Shown here: positions 18,556 to 28,557 of the stretch, one piece after another
Position numbering within the stretch: the stretch's first letter is position 1
Layout: each line of letters opens with the position of its first letter
Assembly (NCBI GenBank): GCA_027490195.1
Contig: JAIXYN010000006.1
Span: 6,930 to 70,929 of the forward strand
Direction: 5' to 3'
DNA: 64,000 nt
Source of the DNA: Verrucomicrobiaceae bacterium
Lineage (GTDB): Bacteria; Verrucomicrobiota; Verrucomicrobiia; Verrucomicrobiales; Verrucomicrobiaceae
Translations under genes and position numbers: made by a program
The notes under the pieces: model-generated
Databases searched by the model: none
Seen by the model: only the letters and a program-made list of their open reading frames with translations
What the model was told of the DNA's origin: nothing

Positions 18556-20067
18556 TCAGTCTTTCTTGAACCAGCCCTTCACCTTCGTGAAGAAGCCTTT
18601 CTTCTCAGCGGTTGAACCACGCGCCGCAGGGTCAGCCGTGGAGACGGGAACTGTGACTGGGAGGCTTTGATCCCAGCCACCGCCGAGCGCCTTGATCAAA
18701 CTGACACTGGCAATCAAGCGCTGTCCGGCCAGCGTGGCGCAGGCACGCTGGGTGGCCAGCAGAGAGCGGTTCGCCTCGATCACATCCAGATAGGGGCTCG
18801 TACCCGCCTCGTAGCGCGCATGCGCGATTTCAGCGGCTTTTTGGGCACTGTCACGTGCGCGGTGCTGCGCCTCCGTCTGTGTGGCAAGATTGCGCATGGC
18901 GGCCAGAGCGTTCTCGACATCGCTGAAGGCGACAAGCACGGACTGCCGGTAGTTGGCCAGCGCTTCATCATGTGCAGCACGGGTGCGCTCTGATGCCGCC
19001 CGGTTCTTCCCACCGGCCATCAATGGCACGCTGATGCTGGGCCCGACGTTCCAGTTGAGGCTGCTGACCTCGAAGAGATTGGCCGAATCACCGCTGAGAT
19101 AGCCGCCTTGTCCGATCAGCTTGATGCTGGGAAAGAAGTTCCCTTGCACGACACCAATCTGCGCCGTGGCGGAGGCCAGCGCACGTTCGGCAGCGGCCAC
19201 ATCGGGGCGGCGCTCCAGCAGGTCGGTAGGCACTCCGACTGGAATGCCCGGAGGTGTGGGCAGCAGGCCTGCATTGCCCCCGAGCCTGAAGGCGCTGGGA
19301 TTCGTGCCGGTCAGCAGGGCGATGCCGTTTTCAAGCTGGTCGCGCTGATTCTGCAAGGCACTCACTTCCGCCTCGGCGGTGGCTACTTCAGTCTCCGCCT
19401 GCGCCTGTTCCAGCTCGCTGCCAGCACCGGCTTTGACTCGTGCTCGTGCGATGTTCAACGCCTGACCGCGCAAGCCGACTGCGTCACGCACGGTCTTTAG
19501 TTCGCCGTCGAGAGCGCGGATGCGGAAGTAGTTTGTGGCGACATCGGCATGCATGCCGAGCAGCACATTTTGCATCAGGCTGGCGGCGGCGGAGGCATCC
19601 GCGCGTGCGCTTTCCACCTGCCGGCGGATCTTGCCCCACAGATCAAGCTCCCAGGTGAAATCGAGCGGCACATTGTAACTCGGCCCCACATAGTGCAAGC
19701 CACCGAGGGGAAAGGCGCTCGGCATGTTCTGCGAGGTTCTCTGCGTGGTGATTGCGGAGTTGATGTCCGCACGCGGAAAGAACGCCGCGCGGGCGATTCC
19801 GGTGCCGGCACGCGCCTGGTCAAAGCGAGCGACCGCTGCCTTCAGTGTCTGGTTGTGCGCTGTGGCACGCTCCATGAGGACGTTCAGCTTCGCATCGCCA
19901 AACACACGCCACCATTCACCTTTGGGCAGTGAATCGAGCGGACGTGTTTCACGCCATTGAATGCCGGATTTGTAGTTTGGCGGCGTCACCGTATCAGGAC
20001 GCTCGTAGTTCGGCCCGACTTGGGCGAGAGCACGGGTCGCGAGAAAAAGGATGAGTAGGATGCGCAT
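18556..20067 (-). CDS. RND efflux outer-membrane factor (NodT/OprM family)
   Basis: WWRVFGDAKLN, WELDLWGKIRR, LLERRPDVAAAE, SLIKALGGGW. Confidence 0.93.
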   Translation of the reverse strand: MRILLILFLATRALAQVGPNYERPDTVTPPNYKSGIQWRETRPLDSLPKGEWWRVFGDAKLNVLMERATAHNQTLKAAVARFDQARAGTGIARAAFFPRADINSAITTQRTSQNMPSAFPLGGLHYVGPSYNVPLDFTWELDLWGKIRRQVESARADASAAASLMQNVLLGMHADVATNYFRIRALDGELKTVRDAVGLRGQALNIARARVKAGAGSELEQAQAETEVATAEAEVSALQNQRDQLENGIALLTGTNPSAFRLGGNAGLLPTPPGIPVGVPTDLLERRPDVAAAERALASATAQIGVVQGNFFPSIKLIGQGGYLSGDSANLFEVSSLNWNVGPSISVPLMAGGKNRAASERTRAAHDEALANYRQSVLVAFSDVENALAAMRNLATQTEAQHRARDSAQKAAEIAHARYEAGTSPYLDVIEANRSLLATQRACATLAGQRLIASVSLIKALGGGWDQSLPVTVPVSTADPAARGSTAEKKGFFTKVKGWFKKD

Positions 20068-20075
20068 AACAAGGA

Positions 20076-23000
20076 TCAATGAGGGGCAGGAAGAGTGGTG
20101 GCGGAAGCGGTGGTCTTTTTCTTGTGGCCAAGCATTACCAGCACATAGAAAACGGGGGTGAAGAACAGCCCTAGGAAGGTCACCCCGATCATGCCGGCAA
20201 ACACGGCGGTGCCCATGGCACGGCGCATTTCAGCCCCCGCACCGGTGGAGACAACGAGAGGATACACGCCGGCGATGAACGCGATGGAGGTCATCAAAAT
20301 CGGGCGCAGACGCAGACGACAGGCCTCAATAGCTGCGTCAAAGGCAGTCAGCCCGTGATCAAACCTCTCCTTCGCAAACTCCACGATGAGGATGGCATTT
20401 TTACAGGCCAGACCAATCAGCACGATGAAGCCGATCTGCGTGAAGATGTTGTTGTCACCTCCCGTGATCATCACACCAGCCAGTGCAAACAGCAGGCACA
20501 GCGGCACAATCAGAATGATGGACAGCGGCAGGCGCAGACTTTCGTATTGCGCAGCCAGCACCATGAACACCAGCAGGATGCAGAGCGGGTAAATGTAGAT
20601 GGCCGTGTTTCCTGCGATGATCTTCTGGTAGGTGAGGTCGGTCCACTCAAACTCGAAACCGCCGGGCAGGACATCTTTGGCGAGTTTGGAGATGAGTTCC
20701 TCGGCTTGCCCTGAGCTCATCGGCGGCAGCGGTGCGCCATTGAGATCGGCGGCGAGGTAGCCGTTGTAATGGGTGACGCGATCCGGACCGAAGCCTTCCT
20801 TCACTTTCACGAGCGAGCCGACGGAAACCATCTCGCCAGCGAGGTTGCGGGTTTTGAGACGCGTGATGTCGCTGGCTTCATCGCGAAACTGATCTTCAGC
20901 CTGGGCGACGACCTGATAGGTGCGGCCAAAGCGGTTGAAGTCATTCACATAGAGGCTGCCGAGATTGATCTGAAGTGTTTCGAAAAGAGACGCGAGGGGC
21001 ACGCCCTGGATCTTGGCTTTTTCACGGTCCACATCGGCTTCGATCTGGGGGACGTTGACGGTGTAGCCGGAATAAACCTGCGTGAGTTTCTGGCTGCCAT
21101 AGGCGGCACCGACGAGTTGCTGCGTGGCTTGATAGAGTGCGGCGTAGCCTTGGTTACCGCGATCTTCGACCATGAGCTTGAAGCCTCCGGTCGTGCCGAT
21201 GCCGTTGACGGGCGGCGGCGGGAACATCATCACCATGGCATCCTGAATGGCCATGAATTTGCCATTGAGTGTGTTAGCAATGGCTGCGCCGCTCAATTCG
21301 GGTTTGGTGCGGTCTTCGAAATTGTCGAGGCCGACGAACACGATGCCTGCATTCGGACTGATGGTGAAGCCTTGGATCGACAGGCCGGGGAAAGCGATGG
21401 CGTCCTTCACCCCCTCCTCGTCCATGGCGATCTGCGACATGCGGCGCATCACTTCATCCGTGCGATCCAGCGAAGCACCATCTGGCAACTGCGCGAAGCC
21501 GACGAGGTATTGCTTGTCCTGACCGGGCACGAAACCTTCAGGCACGATTTCAAAGCCCTTCCAGGTGGCCCACACAAGACCGCCATAGATGATGACGGCG
21601 ATGGCGCTGAAACGGATGATGCGCTTCACAATGCCCACATACACATTGGAGGACCATTCGAAAAAGCGATTGAACGGCCGGAAGAACCAGCCAAACAGCG
21701 CATCAATGATCTTGGTGAGGATGTCGCGTTTATCGCCATGTCCTTTCAGCAGCAAAGCGGACAGAGCCGGGGAAAGCGTGAGCGAATTGATGGCCGAAAT
21801 GACCGTGGAGATGGCGATGGTGACGGCAAACTGTTTATAAAACTGGCCGGTGAGTCCGCTGATGAAAGCGGTGGGAATAAACACCGCGCACAGCACCAGT
21901 GCCGTAGCGACGATGGGACCCGTCACCTCCGTCATGGCCTGCTGAGTGGCAGCCAGCGGCTTGAGACCGTTCTGAATGTTTCGCTCGACGTTTTCGACGA
22001 CCACGATGGCATCATCCACCACGATGCCGATCGCCAGCACGAGGCCGAAGAGCGAGAGGTTGTTGATGGAAAAGCCGAGGGCGTGCATCACCGCAAAGGT
22101 GCCGACGAGCGACACCGGCACGGCGGCCAGCGGGATGATCGACGCACGCCAGGTCTGCAGGAAGAGCACGACAACAAGCACAACCAACAGCAGCGCCTCG
22201 ATGAGCGTGTGAATGACGGCGTCGATGGATTTTTCCACAAACACCGTGGGGTCGTAGGCAATGGCGTAATCCACGCCTTCAGGCATTTTCTTTTTGAGCT
22301 CAGTCATGCACGAACGCACGGCCTGCGAAACCGCGAGAGCATTCGCACCGGGAAGCTGGAACACCCCCATGCCGACGGCACGCTTGTTATTGAGAAGAGC
22401 GCGCAGCGAGTAATCACCCGAGCCCATCTCCGCGCGCGCAACATCACGCAGACGGAGCTTTTCGCCATGCGCACCGATTTTGACAATGATCTGGTCAAAC
22501 TCCTCCTCGCTGATGAGACGGCCTTTGGCATTCACCGTCAGTTCGAAGGAAGCATCCTTGGTCGGCTGCTGACCGATGGTGCCTGCGGCGACTTGGATGT
22601 TCTGCTCGCGGATCGCATTGACGATGTCGCCGGAGGTCAGGCCACGTGCAGCGGCCTTGTCGGGATCAATCCACACGCGCATGGCGTAGTCGCCGCCGCC
22701 GAAGATGTTCACTTGGCCGACACCCGCGAGGCGCGTCAGCTCATCCTTCACATTGAGCGTGGCGTAGTTGCGCAGGTAGATTTCATCGTAGCGCTCATTC
22801 GGAGACAGCAGATGCACCACCAGCGTCATGTTCGGCGAAGACTTCACCGTGGTCACCCCAAAGCGGCGCACTTCCTCCGGCAGCTTTGGCAGCACCTGAG
22901 AGACACGGTTTTGCACCTGCATCTGCGCGAGGTCGAGCTCCGTGCCGATCTTGAAAGTGACGGTGAGCGTCATCACGCCATTCGCCGTGCTTTGCGATGA

Positions 23001-23240
23001 CATGTAGAGCATGTTTTCGATGCCATTGATTGTCTGCTCAAGCGGCGAGGCCACGGTTTCGGCAATGGTCTTCGGATTCGCGCCGGGGTAGGTAGCGGTG
23101 ACGATAACCGTCGGCGGCGCGACTTCCGGGTATTCGGAGATCGGCAGTTGGAACAGCGAGATGGTGCCGAGGATGAAGATCAGCAGCGAGAGCACGCCCG
23201 CGAAAATGGGACGCGTGATGAAGAAACGGGAAATGTTCAT
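20076..23240 (-). CDS. RND efflux permease (HAE1, MexF/AcrB type)
   Basis: FFITRPIFA, LPISEYPEVAPP, GIVVDDAIVVVENVER, RLRPILMTS. Confidence 0.97.
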   Translation of the reverse strand: MNISRFFITRPIFAGVLSLLIFILGTISLFQLPISEYPEVAPPTVIVTATYPGANPKTIAETVASPLEQTINGIENMLYMSSQSTANGVMTLTVTFKIGTELDLAQMQVQNRVSQVLPKLPEEVRRFGVTTVKSSPNMTLVVHLLSPNERYDEIYLRNYATLNVKDELTRLAGVGQVNIFGGGDYAMRVWIDPDKAAARGLTSGDIVNAIREQNIQVAAGTIGQQPTKDASFELTVNAKGRLISEEEFDQIIVKIGAHGEKLRLRDVARAEMGSGDYSLRALLNNKRAVGMGVFQLPGANALAVSQAVRSCMTELKKKMPEGVDYAIAYDPTVFVEKSIDAVIHTLIEALLLVVLVVVLFLQTWRASIIPLAAVPVSLVGTFAVMHALGFSINNLSLFGLVLAIGIVVDDAIVVVENVERNIQNGLKPLAATQQAMTEVTGPIVATALVLCAVFIPTAFISGLTGQFYKQFAVTIAISTVISAINSLTLSPALSALLLKGHGDKRDILTKIIDALFGWFFRPFNRFFEWSSNVYVGIVKRIIRFSAIAVIIYGGLVWATWKGFEIVPEGFVPGQDKQYLVGFAQLPDGASLDRTDEVMRRMSQIAMDEEGVKDAIAFPGLSIQGFTISPNAGIVFVGLDNFEDRTKPELSGAAIANTLNGKFMAIQDAMVMMFPPPPVNGIGTTGGFKLMVEDRGNQGYAALYQATQQLVGAAYGSQKLTQVYSGYTVNVPQIEADVDREKAKIQGVPLASLFETLQINLGSLYVNDFNRFGRTYQVVAQAEDQFRDEASDITRLKTRNLAGEMVSVGSLVKVKEGFGPDRVTHYNGYLAADLNGAPLPPMSSGQAEELISKLAKDVLPGGFEFEWTDLTYQKIIAGNTAIYIYPLCILLVFMVLAAQYESLRLPLSIILIVPLCLLFALAGVMITGGDNNIFTQIGFIVLIGLACKNAILIVEFAKERFDHGLTAFDAAIEACRLRLRPILMTSIAFIAGVYPLVVSTGAGAEMRRAMGTAVFAGMIGVTFLGLFFTPVFYVLVMLGHKKKTTASATTLPAPH

Positions 23241-23271
23241 GGAAGCGGATTGGGGGTGTTTCGCTTCGTGA

Positions 23272-24426
23272 TTACTTGGCCGCCTTTTCTTTCGGTGCCG
23301 GGGCCTCCGTCGACTGCACTGGCATGCCAGGCTGCGGCAGACGCGCCTGCCCGTTCACGATGATCTTGTCTCCCGCCACTAGGCCGCTGCGGATGATGCG
23401 CTTGCCGTCGATGCTGGGCCCGATCACGATGGGTTTGTAAACCGAGAGCGCCGGGGTCTTTGTTTCATCAATCCCAAGCACAAACTTGTTCGCCTGATCT
23501 GTGAGGATGCTTTTTTCATCGACCAGCAGAGCCTTGTATTTGCCTGTCATGGGGATGCGAATGCGCGCAAACAAACCGGGCGTGAGAATGTTGTCGGTGT
23601 TCGAAAACTCAGCACGCAGCACCATGCTGCCGGTGCCTGCATCCAAGCGGTTGTCGAAGGACTCGATGCTCCCTTGATGTGGGAAGCCCGTCTCGTTGGA
23701 GAGCTGAAGCTCCACGGGGACGCGCCCATCGCCATTGGTGAAGGTCGTCTTGCTGCGTTGCATCGACTGCAGCTTCAGCAGGCTGTTCTCGTCGATGTCC
23801 GCATACACATACACGGGGTCCACGGTCACAATGGTCGTAAGCAGGGTCGTGCCCGCTGTGACGAAATTGCCCGTCGTGGTGATCGCACGACTGATGCGCC
23901 CGCTGATCGGCGCTTTGACCGAGCTGTGCTCGAATTCAATCTCGGCACTGTGCTGCGCAGCCTTGGCGGCCTCCAGCCCGGCGACCGCCTGCAGATTCAT
24001 CGATTCGCGCGATTCCGCCTGCTCAGGGGCGATGGCTTTTGCTTCCAGCAGGATCTTCACACGATCAAATTCACGCTTCATCGCCTGCGCATTGGCCTCG
24101 GCACGCGCCACCTCGGCCCCGGTGGAACGCAGCTTGGTCTCAAAGGGCCGCTGGTCGATGGTGAAGAGCACGTCACCTTTCTTAACCAAGGCTCCGGCCT
24201 GGAAATGGACTTCGGTGATGTAGCCGGAGACACGGGGCTTCAGCTCCACCATCTCCATGGGCTCGACGCGCCCCGTGAACTCCTCCCACTCGACGAGTTC
24301 TTTCTGCTCAACCGGTGCGAGCGTCACTGGTGCCGGAGGCATCTGACCGCCGCCGTGGCCGCCCTCAGGCGGTTTGCCACAGGCAGCGAGGAGCAAGACG
24401 AATGGGAGGAGGGTTTGGAGTTTCAC
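23272..24426 (-). CDS. RND periplasmic adaptor (MexE-like lipoprotein)
   Basis: Lipobox LAAC, VELKPRVSGY, APISGRISR, LTPGLFARI. Confidence 0.93.
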   Translation of the reverse strand: MKLQTLLPFVLLLAACGKPPEGGHGGGQMPPAPVTLAPVEQKELVEWEEFTGRVEPMEMVELKPRVSGYITEVHFQAGALVKKGDVLFTIDQRPFETKLRSTGAEVARAEANAQAMKREFDRVKILLEAKAIAPEQAESRESMNLQAVAGLEAAKAAQHSAEIEFEHSSVKAPISGRISRAITTTGNFVTAGTTLLTTIVTVDPVYVYADIDENSLLKLQSMQRSKTTFTNGDGRVPVELQLSNETGFPHQGSIESFDNRLDAGTGSMVLRAEFSNTDNILTPGLFARIRIPMTGKYKALLVDEKSILTDQANKFVLGIDETKTPALSVYKPIVIGPSIDGKRIIRSGLVAGDKIIVNGQARLPQPGMPVQSTEAPAPKEKAAK

Positions 24427-24452
24427 GAGGCGAGTGGTTTTGGGGTGGAAAG

Positions 24453-24468
24453 TTGACCAGTTGGTTAA
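24453..24468. promoter_or_regulatory. Candidate TetR operator upstream of the adaptor gene
   Basis: Imperfect palindrome TTGACCAGTTGGTTAA; shares a TTGACC/GGTCAA half-site with 25131-25146. Confidence 0.5.
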
Positions 24469-24494
24469 TTTGAAAGCAAAAAATTAGCGCAGCA

Positions 24495-25091
24495 TCAGTC
24501 TTTGACGCCGAGGATGATCTTGGCCCCGGACTCGAATTCATCCAAACGACCGAGGTCATTCCACATGCGGGCGTGGAGCAGCAGCCCCTCGCTGTAAGCA
24601 AACACGATCCGTGCCAGGGCCATCGCATCATGCGTGACAATGCTGCCCTGCGCCTGCGCATCGCGGATGGCGCTCTCGTAGTAGCGGATGAACTGGCTCA
24701 GGATTTCCTGCAGTTTGTCCCGCAAGCGCTCGTCCACCGTGCTGACCTCTGCGCCCAGGGAATGGATCGGGCAGCCCAGCACGCGGCCATGCTTTTTAAA
24801 CAGTTCCTCCTGCTCCTGGCGGAAATTGCGGAAGCAGTTCAGGATGCGCTCCACCGGGGGCACCACGGGGGAAAAGATCTGGTCCAGCTCCTTGCGGTGC
24901 TCGGTCCAGCTATGGTCGATCGCGGTGAGGGCCAATTCCGTTTTGGACTCAAAGAAATGGTAAAAGCTGCCCTTCTTCACCCCTGCCCTTTCGCAAATAT
25001 GATCCACCGAGGTGCTGCCATAGCTGCCCGCCCAGATCAGTTCGATCATGGCTTCTATCAGGCGGTCTTTGGCAGTGGAGGTGCGTCCCAT
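24495..25091 (-). CDS. TetR family regulator (NemR-like)
   Basis: HTH GSTSVDHICERAGVKKGSFYHFFESK; C-terminal GCPIHSL. Confidence 0.92.
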   Translation of the reverse strand: MGRTSTAKDRLIEAMIELIWAGSYGSTSVDHICERAGVKKGSFYHFFESKTELALTAIDHSWTEHRKELDQIFSPVVPPVERILNCFRNFRQEQEELFKKHGRVLGCPIHSLGAEVSTVDERLRDKLQEILSQFIRYYESAIRDAQAQGSIVTHDAMALARIVFAYSEGLLLHARMWNDLGRLDEFESGAKIILGVKD

Positions 25092-25130
25092 GGGGTATTT
25101 TCGGGTAAGGTGACACAGGTATAAAATAAA

Positions 25131-25146
25131 CTAGACGGTCGGTCAA
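25131..25146. promoter_or_regulatory. Candidate TetR autoregulatory operator
   Basis: CTAGACGGTCGGTCAA about 40 nt upstream of tetR; TAGAC..GGTC near-dyad. Confidence 0.5.
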
Positions 25147-25212
25147 CAATTTTTCCACCTCCCTGATTGCCGCCAGCTCCTTCACCTTCCATAGTGTGCC
25201 ATTCCTTCACAC

Positions 25213-26691
25213 ATGAACGACCAAGCCACAGTTCTGATCGTCGATGACGAAAAGCATACCCGCGATGGCCTGCGCCTCTCGCTGGAGGATGACTTCGACT
25301 GCTACGTGGCCTCAAACGCCGCCGAGGCGATGGAATACCTGAACAACGACCGCATCGACGTGATGCTCACCGACCTCCGCCTCGGCGAGGACGATGGCAT
25401 GAAGCTGCTCGAAGCCGCCCTGGCCCTGCCCAAGCCGCCCGTCTGCATCATGATGACCGCTTACGGCAGCGTCGATACCGCCGTGGAGGCCATGCGCCGT
25501 GGTGCCTACCATTTCGTCACCAAGCCGCTGAATCTTGACGAGGTAGAAATCCTCATCAAACGCGCTCTCCGCAGCCGCACGCTGGAGCACGAAAACGTCG
25601 CGCTGAAACAACAGGTAGAGCGCAAATTCTCAATCGAAGGCATCCTCGGTCAGGCCGAGGTGATGAAGCCTATCATCGACACCATCCAGCAGGTGGCCCC
25701 TTCCCGCGCCACGGTCTTGATTGAAGGCGAAAGCGGCACCGGCAAGGAACTCGTGGCCCGCGCCATTCACAATCTCAGCGGCCGCCCCAAGGCGAACATC
25801 GTCTCTGTGCACTGCGCGGCGCTCTCCCCCCAAATCCTCGAAAGCGAACTCTTCGGCCACGAGAAAGGCTCCTTCACCGGCGCGCAGGAGCGGCGCATCG
25901 GCCGCTTTGAGCAGGCGAATGGAGGCACGCTCTTCCTGGATGAAATCGGCGAGATCGACGCCAGCACCCAGGTGAAACTGCTGCGTGCCCTCGGTGAGCA
26001 GACCATAGAGCGTGTCGGCAGCAGCAAACCGATCTCCATCGACGTCCGCGTCATTGCCGCCACGAACCGCAACCTCGCCAAGATGGTGGAGGAAGGCAAA
26101 TTTCGTGAGGATCTCTACTGGCGTCTGCGCGTGGTCACCATCCAGCTTCCCCCGCTGCGCGCCCGCAAGAGCGACATCTCCGTGCTGGCAGATCACTTCC
26201 TCAAGGAACTCGCCAAGGCCAATGGTAAAGCCTACAAGCCGCTCGGCGAAGACGCCCTGCCTGCGATGATGAACTACGACTGGCCCGGCAACATCCGCGA
26301 ACTGCGCGCCGCCATCGAGCACGGCGTGGTCATGAGCAACAGCAACCGCGTCATGCTCAAGCATCTGCCGTCCTACCTGCTCAATCCGAACGGCCTGGGC
26401 ATCGGCTTGCGCGCCCCGTCATTGATCGCCGCCAAGGACGCCGCGACCGCAGCCGCACCGGCTGGACCCAGTAATGATCCCACGATCAAGCCGAAGAGCG
26501 ATCTCGACATCACTGAGGCGGAGCACCATCTCATTCTCACCGCCCTTCAGCGCAGCGGCAACAACCGCACCGTGGCTGCTGAGATGCTCGGCATGAGCCG
26601 CCGCACGCTGCAGCGCAAGCTCAAGGACCTCAACATGGTCCGCACGCACCGCCGCCGCGTCACCACGCCGGCTCAAGAATCGGTCTCGTAA
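25213..26691 (+). CDS. Sigma-54-dependent response regulator (NtrC/AtoC family)
   Basis: Receiver domain (VDDE, D-phosphosite, MTAYG), GESGTGKE, ELFGHEKGSFTGA, WPGNIREL, Fis-type HTH. Confidence 0.95.
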   Translation: MNDQATVLIVDDEKHTRDGLRLSLEDDFDCYVASNAAEAMEYLNNDRIDVMLTDLRLGEDDGMKLLEAALALPKPPVCIMMTAYGSVDTAVEAMRRGAYHFVTKPLNLDEVEILIKRALRSRTLEHENVALKQQVERKFSIEGILGQAEVMKPIIDTIQQVAPSRATVLIEGESGTGKELVARAIHNLSGRPKANIVSVHCAALSPQILESELFGHEKGSFTGAQERRIGRFEQANGGTLFLDEIGEIDASTQVKLLRALGEQTIERVGSSKPISIDVRVIAATNRNLAKMVEEGKFREDLYWRLRVVTIQLPPLRARKSDISVLADHFLKELAKANGKAYKPLGEDALPAMMNYDWPGNIRELRAAIEHGVVMSNSNRVMLKHLPSYLLNPNGLGIGLRAPSLIAAKDAATAAAPAGPSNDPTIKPKSDLDITEAEHHLILTALQRSGNNRTVAAEMLGMSRRTLQRKLKDLNMVRTHRRRVTTPAQESVS

Positions 26692-27335
26692 ACAGTCGGG
26701 TCTGGGAGTCCGGCGAGCACAAAGGCTTCGATGCGCTCCACACACGTGCCGCACTTTCCACAGTGCAAATCACCGCCCTTGTAGCACGACCACGTCTTGC
26801 CGTAATCCACGCCCAGATTGTCGCCGAGTTTAGCGATGCCCGCTTTGTCGAGATGAATGAACGGACGCAGCAGTTCGATGCGCGCATACGTGCCTTCGCG
26901 CATCGCCGTAGCCATGCCCTGCATGAAGTCCTCGCGGCAATCCGGGTAGATCATGTGATCCCCCGCATGCGCTGCGATGACGAGCGCCTGCGCCTCACGG
27001 CTTTCCGCCAGACCGCAGGCGATGGCCAGCATGATGCCGTTGCGAAACGGCACCACGGTCTTCTTCATGTTTTCTCCTGCGTAATGCCCCTCCGGGATCT
27101 CGCCGCCTGATTTGAGCAGATCGGAGGCAAAGAGCTGGTTCACAAAATCCAGATCGATGAGGTCGTGCTTCACGCCAGACTCCGCACAGTGCCATGCCGC
27201 CAGCGGAATCTCGCGGTGGTTGTGCTTGGCACCGTAGTCAAAACTCACTGCCCCCACGACCTCATGCTCCCGCCGCGCCCAGTGCAGCGCTGTCACCGAG
27301 TCCATCCCGCCAGAGAGCAGCACAACCGTTTTCAT
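26673..27335 (-). CDS. queC: 7-cyano-7-deazaguanine synthase
   Basis: LLSGGMDS PP-loop, VPFRN, YPDCR, TWSCY and CGKCGTC. Confidence 0.96.
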   Translation of the reverse strand: MKTVVLLSGGMDSVTALHWARREHEVVGAVSFDYGAKHNHREIPLAAWHCAESGVKHDLIDLDFVNQLFASDLLKSGGEIPEGHYAGENMKKTVVPFRNGIMLAIACGLAESREAQALVIAAHAGDHMIYPDCREDFMQGMATAMREGTYARIELLRPFIHLDKAGIAKLGDNLGVDYGKTWSCYKGGDLHCGKCGTCVERIEAFVLAGLPDPTVYETDS

Positions 27336-27763
27336 TCCGGCAGCCTCAGGGTTTCTTCCAAATCCGGATAACGCGCCTCGCAGGTGAGCTGAATGCCACC
27401 CCGCGCACCAAACTTGCCACGCACCACCACCTGCTTCGGAGCACAGGCTTTCACGATGTCGTCCAGCACGCGGTTTACGATCGCCTCATTGAAGGACGCG
27501 TGATTGCGGTAGGAGGCCAGATAGAATTTCAGCGACTTCGTTTCCACGCACGTCGTCTCCGGGATGTAGAGAATTTCAAGGTGCGCTGAATCCGGCTGCC
27601 CGGTCACGGGGCAGATCGAGCTGAATTCCGGTGCGCTGAGGTGAATGCGGTAGTTCCGTCCCGGCGTGCGATTGGGGAACGTCTCCAGCACCGCCACATC
27701 CGGCGAAGCGGGGAGGCGATTTTCAGAACGTCCGAGCAATGTGAGGTCTTTTTCCTGACTCAT
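27332..27763 (-). CDS. queF: NADPH-dependent preQ0 reductase (type I)
   Basis: EFSSICPVTGQPD and ETKSLKFYL; start placed at the ATG of MSQEKD; 4-nt overlap with queC. Confidence 0.93.
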   Translation of the reverse strand: MSQEKDLTLLGRSENRLPASPDVAVLETFPNRTPGRNYRIHLSAPEFSSICPVTGQPDSAHLEILYIPETTCVETKSLKFYLASYRNHASFNEAIVNRVLDDIVKACAPKQVVVRGKFGARGGIQLTCEARYPDLEETLRLPE

Positions 27764-27884
27764 GTCAGTGCAGAATGCGGGAGAGTGAAGATAATGCAAC
27801 GATCTGCATTAAATTGAATTTCGAGATTCTTTTTTCATCTTTTTTCCATTGTTTTTGCATCATTTAGATTCTAGAAATACATCC

Positions 27885-28091
27885 ATGAGAATCACAGTCG
27901 ATATTGAAGAGGACATCATCAGCGACGCAATGGAGTTAACCGGGGAGAAGAACAAGAGTCCCGCCATCGCCAAGGCCGTGGAGCAGTATGTGAAAAGGAT
28001 GCGGGCGAAGGAGTTCGGCAAGCGTCTCCGCGAAGGGTTTTATGACTACCCTTCCACCAACGCTGAAGTCGAAGCCCTCGAAATCATCTAA
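27885..28091 (+). CDS. VapB-like antitoxin (RHH type)
   Basis: MRITVDIEEDIISDAMELTGEKNKSPAIAKAVEQYV; 3 nt upstream of a PIN gene. Confidence 0.85.
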   Translation: MRITVDIEEDIISDAMELTGEKNKSPAIAKAVEQYVKRMRAKEFGKRLREGFYDYPSTNAEVEALEII

Positions 28092-28094
28092 CAC

Positions 28095-28517
28095 ATGGTC
28101 CTCGTCGATTCCTCCATTTGGATCGAGGCCTCTAGACGCATGGGCAGTCTGGAGGTCAAGGTCGGCATCGAAGGCCTGCTGGATGCTTACGAGGCCACGC
28201 TCTGCTCCCCCGTGATGCTCGAAGTCCTGGGAGGTGCACGCAAAGAGGAACGCAAGCAACTCAACGCCGACTTCTCCTGCCTGCCCTACATCCGTGTGAC
28301 CGAGGCGGACTACATTGCCGCAGTCCGCAACAACTGGAAACTGCGTGACGCTGGCATCACAGCCCCAGCCAATGATGTTCTCATCGCCACCATTGCGGTG
28401 CGGCTCTTTTGCCGTGTGTATGCGCAGGACAAACACTTTGAAGCCATGGCGCCCGTGCTCGGGTTTGCGCTCTATGAACCTGGTTATGGCGGCTCCTTTC
28501 GTCCCGATGGCGGCTGA
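28095..28517 (+). CDS. PIN-domain VapC toxin
   Basis: MVLVDSSIWIE, VMLEVL, NDVLIA, QDKHF. Confidence 0.9.
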   Translation: MVLVDSSIWIEASRRMGSLEVKVGIEGLLDAYEATLCSPVMLEVLGGARKEERKQLNADFSCLPYIRVTEADYIAAVRNNWKLRDAGITAPANDVLIATIAVRLFCRVYAQDKHFEAMAPVLGFALYEPGYGGSFRPDGG

Positions 28518-28557
28518 GTGATAGTTTTCCAAATGTGGGAGCGTTTCTAAATTCAGA

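Noticed and set aside
27764-27884. preQ1 riboswitch upstream of queF-queC
   Set aside because: The AT-rich spacer shows no P1 stem with the characteristic loop and A-rich tail that I can identify; more likely divergent promoters.
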